From Octopus sinensis (lineage: Eukaryota): a stretch of DNA of 12,461 bases. This document shows positions 8,215 to 12,461 of the stretch, one piece after another. A model generated the notes under the pieces. That model searched no databases. It worked only from the letters and a program-made list of their open reading frames with translations, and was not told the origin of the DNA. The stretch's first letter is position 1. Each line of letters begins with the position of its first letter. Made by a program: the position numbers and the translations under genes. The stretch spans positions 1 through 12,461 of the forward strand of contig NW_021826619.1 in the NCBI RefSeq assembly GCF_006345805.1, in the 5' to 3' direction.

Positions 8215-8600
8215 TGAACGTGAAAGACGTGATGTTTGATTTCATTGGAAGCAGGAGAATCTTTTTTGATAAACAGTTATTTCGAACCTATAACTTGAAA
8301 TCATGTTTGATAAGCCGTTGTACGACTTCATCTTGAAGAAGATCTGATCTTCATAAAAGATAATAAGCTTCCATTATGGACTGTTGCATTTCATAAATAG
8401 TTGAATATAAAGTTTCTAAAAGGTTGCAGCTATGCCGTGGCCTGCTAGACCCTCAGACCATTCGTCATGGGACTTCTTTCTAAAATCATCGATCAAAAGA
8501 AAAGGGTACTTCACCTATCATAGAAACATTTTGGCACTGAATTGGCGTATATTAAATTTCTTTATAGAAACCACAGACTTCTGTACAGGGATATCTCGAA
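8215..8600 (+). pseudogene. Highly decayed Tc1/mariner transposase fragment (catalytic-domain end; DD37D or DD41D type not resolved)
   Basis: Piecewise translation gives IGSRRIFFDK / TVISNL*LEIM / DLIFIKDNKLPLWTVAFHK*LNIKF / PWPARPSDHSSWDFFLKSSIKRKGY..RNILALNWRI. This is colinear with the recalled motifs IIGPFFF..TV..YL.ML, DLIFQQDGAPPH....WLN.KF and WPxRSPDLxPxDFFLWGYLKxKVY. Confidence 0.75.
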
Positions 8601-9119
8601 ACGATTAAGGAATTCAGAGAATTTTGAATATCCCATGTTGAATTCTATGTGTAATAATTAAGAAAATTAATACTATTGAAATATTTTGGCAATAAAACGT
8701 AAGTAACTGAATATTTTGTATCACTTTTAAATACGTATCTTGAAAATTATTATATTATTGAACGTATCAATTATTTAGTCAGGTGTTTCAGCTAGGCACT
8801 CCATATATATATATATAAGAAATTAAAACCAATTTTTATCTTTTTACATATTTCAATTCACGATTACATCACTGTACATTAATCCCCTACTAAACAAGGT
8901 TTTTGAAACTTGTCTCTGTCTGTACACATATATAATCCCCACCCATTACCGAAAACTGAACAGTTATCTCCCTTACCCACAACAATAACAATAATAGCGA
9001 CAACCAATTACCTCCCTTTATTTATCTACTTGTGAAGTCATTCACTCGTGAATTTCATCACACACATGGACAAGATTTCTTCTTCAGAAAAAATATATAT
9101 TCAAATAAGTAAAACATAA

Positions 9120-9152
9120 TATCATGAATAGCGATAGCGAAACCGGTCGATA
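9120..9152 (+). ncRNA. Minimal type I hammerhead ribozyme motif (PLE-type) with A3-U8 core covariation
   Basis: TATC (helix I) ATGAATA GC-GATA-GC (helix II) GAAA C-CG-G TC GATA (helix I). U4, G5, A6, A9, G10.1-C11.1, G12, A13, A14, A15.1 and U16.1 are all present. Helix III is the palindrome ACCGGT. The GUC site would cleave after 9148. Confidence 0.72.
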
Positions 9153-9254
9153 CATTAAAAATTATATTAAAACTATGTAAGTGTGAGTATTTTCCTTTTC
9201 TAATTTCTTATATACATTACAACTTACCACGTGGGGATAATCGAAATTCTCTTT

Positions 9255-9266
9255 ATATATATATAT

Positions 9267-9307
<41 letters not shown>

Positions 9308-9340
9308 TGTGTGTGTATTTGTGTGTGTATGTACTTATGT
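9255..9340. repeat. (TA)n/(GT)n microsatellite
   Basis: Direct reading. Confidence 0.93.
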
Positions 9341-9412
9341 ATGTATATCAATACAGAGAGACAAGAGAGAGGGGGAGAGATCGACACAAACACATGTATA
9401 TATATATATATA

Positions 9413-10260
9413 CACCGTGCGATGGGTAAATTATCGCCACTTTATATTTTTAATTTCGCGCATGGTTTTGTTTGGTTTTGATTTTGTCGACTACACAGTA
9501 TTGTAGGAATATTTGGGCACCGTCTGTGAGAAAAACAGCACCATGACACAATTTACTCTGCCAGAAATTTGGAGACGTAAAACTGTACTGCTTGGCATTC
9601 GCACCGGAAGCTCCAATACGAACATTTCAGAGTGTTAGGGTGTCAATCTGAGGACATAAACGGAGAGTGACATAAGCCAAACATCCAATCAATATCATGT
9701 ATTTTGGTGTGATTACTAGTGATGGCGACTTATGCCTCCTTTCATCTTCCTACACGGCCTCAGACTCAACACAGAGGCCTTCATCAAGTGCCGGAAGGAG
9801 GTGGTGCTGCCCTGAGTCAAGAGGGTGGATTCTGGAAGACCCTATGTCTGCAATAGGACTCAGCACCATGCCACACAAGCTGGAGAACTCAATCATGGCT
9901 GTCAGGCAATTTCTGTGACAACACCAACTCTAACATTTGGCCACCTAGACTATTATGTGGGGCGCGTAGTTGAGCGAAAGAGCAACAAAACTCACTTGTA
10001 ATACCAAAGATGAACTGAAGGCAAGGATTATGGCAGTATTCACCAGCTTAAACAAGGGGATCATGTAGAAGAGCTGCAGGAAGTTCCGATGTCGTCTGGA
10101 GGCCGTGGTTGAAGCCAATTGCGATTTTATTGAATGAATTTACTCGTTAGTATTTCAAGATATTTTTATGTAATTTTGGTACATATATCTGTTAAAATAT
10201 GGTGTCATTGTTATTTTCATTTTTGCGCTATTTAGATGACAGTTTATTCACCGCACCCTG
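9413..10260 (+). mobile_element. Internally deleted Tc1/mariner element, maT (DD37D)-like, 848 bp
   Basis: TA dinucleotides flank both ends (9411-9412 and 10261-10262). Imperfect TIRs CACCGTGCGATGGGTAAATTATCGCCA vs reverse complement CAGGGTGCGGTGAATAAACTGTCATCT (17/27). A transposase remnant lies inside. Confidence 0.92.
9543..10137 (+). pseudogene. Disrupted maT/DD37D-like transposase
   Basis: N-terminus MTQFTLPEIWRRKTVLLGIRTGSSNTNISEC*GVNLRT, then a large deletion. It resumes KHPINIMYFGVITSDGD-MPPFIFLHGLRLNTEAFIKCRKEVVLP*VKRVDSGRPYV..DSAPCHTSWRTQSWLSGNFCDNTNSNIWPP, short deletion, DYYV..VERKSNKT..CNTKDELKARIMAVFTSLNKGIM*KSCRKFRCRLEAVVEANCDFIE*. Multiple stops and frameshifts. Confidence 0.92.
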
Positions 10261-10262
<2 letters not shown>

Positions 10263-10296
<34 letters not shown>

Positions 10297-10530
10297 ATAG
10301 AGAGAGAGAGAGGAGAGAGAGATACATACATACATATACATATATGTAATATATAGATATATATATATACATGTATGAGTGTGTGCGTGTATACATTACA
10401 TACATACATACATACATACATATATAATATATACATATGTAAGATATATATACGTGTATATATATATTTATATATATATATATAAATATATTATATTATT
10501 ATATCTATATATATATATATATATATTACA
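10263..10530. repeat. Compound (TA)n/(GA)n/(CATA)n tract
   Basis: Direct reading. Confidence 0.93.
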
Positions 10531-11038
10531 TACATATAAAACGGGATTGGACTGTAAGTGGACATCCATTACGCTATAAGAAGATCCGCTATGGTCTTAC
10601 CACTAAGAAAGGAATGTTTCGCCAGAACGTAAGCGAGCAAGACAAATGAAAAGATACAAAATATAGATTAATCACAAACCAGGTTTCGTTGTTAATGCTT
10701 ATGTAATCATTTACGTAAATATCCGCAAATCGTCAGTGTAATCGTCTTTGCAAATATAATTTGAAGAACTATACACGAGACGTCCGCATGTAATTGAACA
10801 TGTATACATTTCTACCAATTACAATTCGGGTCACTTTTCAAAAGTCTTCGTTTTGGTGCGCCAAACTACGGAAATATTTCCGCAGAAAATAATTCTCTGC
10901 AATGAATTTTGCCGGTTAGAGAACATAGCCATTTAAATTCAAATTTAAAATAAAAAGCGTAAAAAATTGAATACTAATTTGATTAATATCAATTTAAAAC
11001 CAGTGGTCTAGCATACTTTCGTTGGCGACAACGAAAAA

Positions 11039-11510
11039 ATGGATGAAACATTTGAGCCAGAAGCGAGTACCTGCCCACACTTTCAAAATCAACGTGAACT
11101 GGATGATCGTTTAAGGAATTTGAGTTTCACTAAGTTCGGAGCTGAGCTTTTGGCATCCAGTCTGAACGAATGGAATCTTTTGGGGAAGGACAACAGATTA
11201 ACAGTGTACAGGAGGCATAAGTGAGTATCTCTGCTTCTGCAAAGAAATAGATAGCTTGTTTACAGCTACTGGAATTGATCACAACCCTAAAGAATGGCGA
11301 CTTTTCAGAGATAGCTCAACTAAAAGCCTGAAAGCCGTTTTATTAAACAATGGAAATCAGCATCCATCCCTGTCTATTGCATACTCGGTATAAATGAAGG
11401 AAGAATATGACAATGTAAAATAGCTTCTTGAGAAAGTAAACTATGATAAGTTTAAATGGGATCTTTGTGCTGACTTTAAAATGCTTGCCTTCTTATTTGG
11501 ATTACACTAA
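11039..11510 (+). pseudogene. DNA transposase remnant, probably Chapaev3-like (CMC superfamily)
   Basis: PHFQNQRELDDRLRNLSFTKFGAELLASSLNEWNLL, then after a frameshift LCFCKEIDSLFTATGIDHNPKEWRLFRDSSTKSLKAVLLNNGNQHPSLSIAYSV*MKEEYDNVK*LLEKVNYDKFKWDLCADFKMLAFLFGL. This matches the recalled family motifs PH...Q.ELNDL.RDL.L.K..AELL.SRL.EWNLL, WRLFIDSS..SLKAVLLHNGN and W.IC.DLK. A possible right terminus ...AATAACCAGTG ends at 11551. Transposase origin is fairly clear; the superfamily label is less sure. Confidence 0.75.
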
Positions 11511-11816
11511 AAACATTTAGAGAAGCAAAATAAAAATAAAAATAACCAGTGTCATCGTCCTTAAATTTGCTTTAAATAATATAAAATTTCTTTTAACATT
11601 TACTTGTGCAAAGCAAAGAGAGAAACAGCTAAGAACATAGAAAGGGAGGGAGAGAAAGAGAGAGAAAGAGAAACTGAGAGGCTGACAGAAAGGAGAACGG
11701 AGCGTGACTGATAAGTTTGTCTATCGTTACTCCATCGTGTTTCAAGAATTTTTATAATGTAACCTTCTAGGTTTAATACGTTAACCATTTTGTTCTGAAC
11801 TATTCTTTCTTCATGT

Positions 11817-11831
11817 TACATATATATATAG

Positions 11832-11906
<75 letters not shown>

Positions 11907-11907
11907 A

Positions 11908-11954
<47 letters not shown>

Positions 11955-12140
11955 ATATATGTATGTATGTATGTATACAAACCACGTACACAACACACAC
12001 ATATATATATTTGTGTGTGTGTGCATAAGTAATACAATTATATATATGTTTGGTGTATATATATATATATATATATTTATATAAGTATATGCATATAAAT
12101 ATATACATCTACTTATATATATATATGCATATAATATATA
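11817..12140. repeat. Long (TA)n compound tract
   Basis: Direct reading; it generates the poly-(YI) ORFs. Confidence 0.96.
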
Positions 12141-12461
12141 TGATGTATATTATAAACCGATTACAGGTCATTAGACGCAAGACTTGCTTTGAACATTGGC
12201 TGCTATCAATGAAGTTCACTTCGTCACAATTCTCATTTTTTTTAAACCACCTAATCTATTCCTTCAGTAATATATTATTCCTCTGTACTTCCTATTTTTT
12301 CACCACCATCATGAGCATTACCATTGCTACATACTAGAAATAATTGTAATAATTAACCAAAATTAGAAGCACAAAAGACTTTATAATTTCCCTCTGTATT
12401 ATGCTATATTAATATATATAAAAAAATATCTAAAAAGTCTGTCTCATGAAATCTCCATCTA

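Noticed and set aside
7454-9152. A classical retrozyme bounded by the two hammerheads
   Set aside because: The motifs are on opposite strands, differ in sequence and have no direct-repeat flanks
9697-9918. 73-aa ORF as a gene
   Set aside because: It begins in the transposase frame and runs out of frame after a 1-nt deletion inside the maT remnant
744-12337. Most ORFs in the six-frame track (poly-I/N/L, YI, CV, HT, ER, SL repeats)
   Set aside because: They are stop-free translations of microsatellites with no complex coding sequence
12269-12337. Acceptor (CTAAT...TTCCTTCAG) followed by hydrophobic NILFLCTSYFFTTIMSITIATY*
   Set aside because: T-rich sequence gives hydrophobic translations by chance; no family motif or partner exon can be tied to it
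1-12461. CRISPR array, prokaryotic operon or rRNA
   Set aside because: No repeat-spacer periodicity, no long ORFs and no rRNA motifs; the composition is that of a repeat-rich animal genome

Overview
AT-rich, microsatellite-saturated eukaryotic DNA with no intact gene. The SINE families resemble those I recall from octopus (coleoid cephalopod) genomes, so it is probably intronic or intergenic; the taxon is an inference. Almost all ORFs in the track are translated simple repeats. Recognisable content: six tRNA-derived SINE copies or fragments from three families; an internally deleted hAT (Buster/Charlie-like) element (242-726); a decayed Tc1/mariner transposase (about 8215-8600); an internally deleted maT/DD37D-like Tc1/mariner element with TIRs and TA TSDs (9413-10260); and a probable Chapaev3-like transposase remnant (about 11039-11510). 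Most interesting are two minimal type I hammerhead-ribozyme motifs of the Penelope-like-element kind, each with a palindromic helix III and a GUC site. They lie at 7454-7492 (minus strand, U3.G8) and 9120-9152 (plus strand), where the C3-G8 core pair is replaced by a still-complementary A3-U8 pair. There is also an unexplained 66-bp, 79%-identical inverted repeat (5921-5986 / 6163-6228). A few weak candidate micro-exons on the plus strand are flagged at low confidence. All alignments were done by eye and all family names come from recalled consensus motifs, not from database searches.
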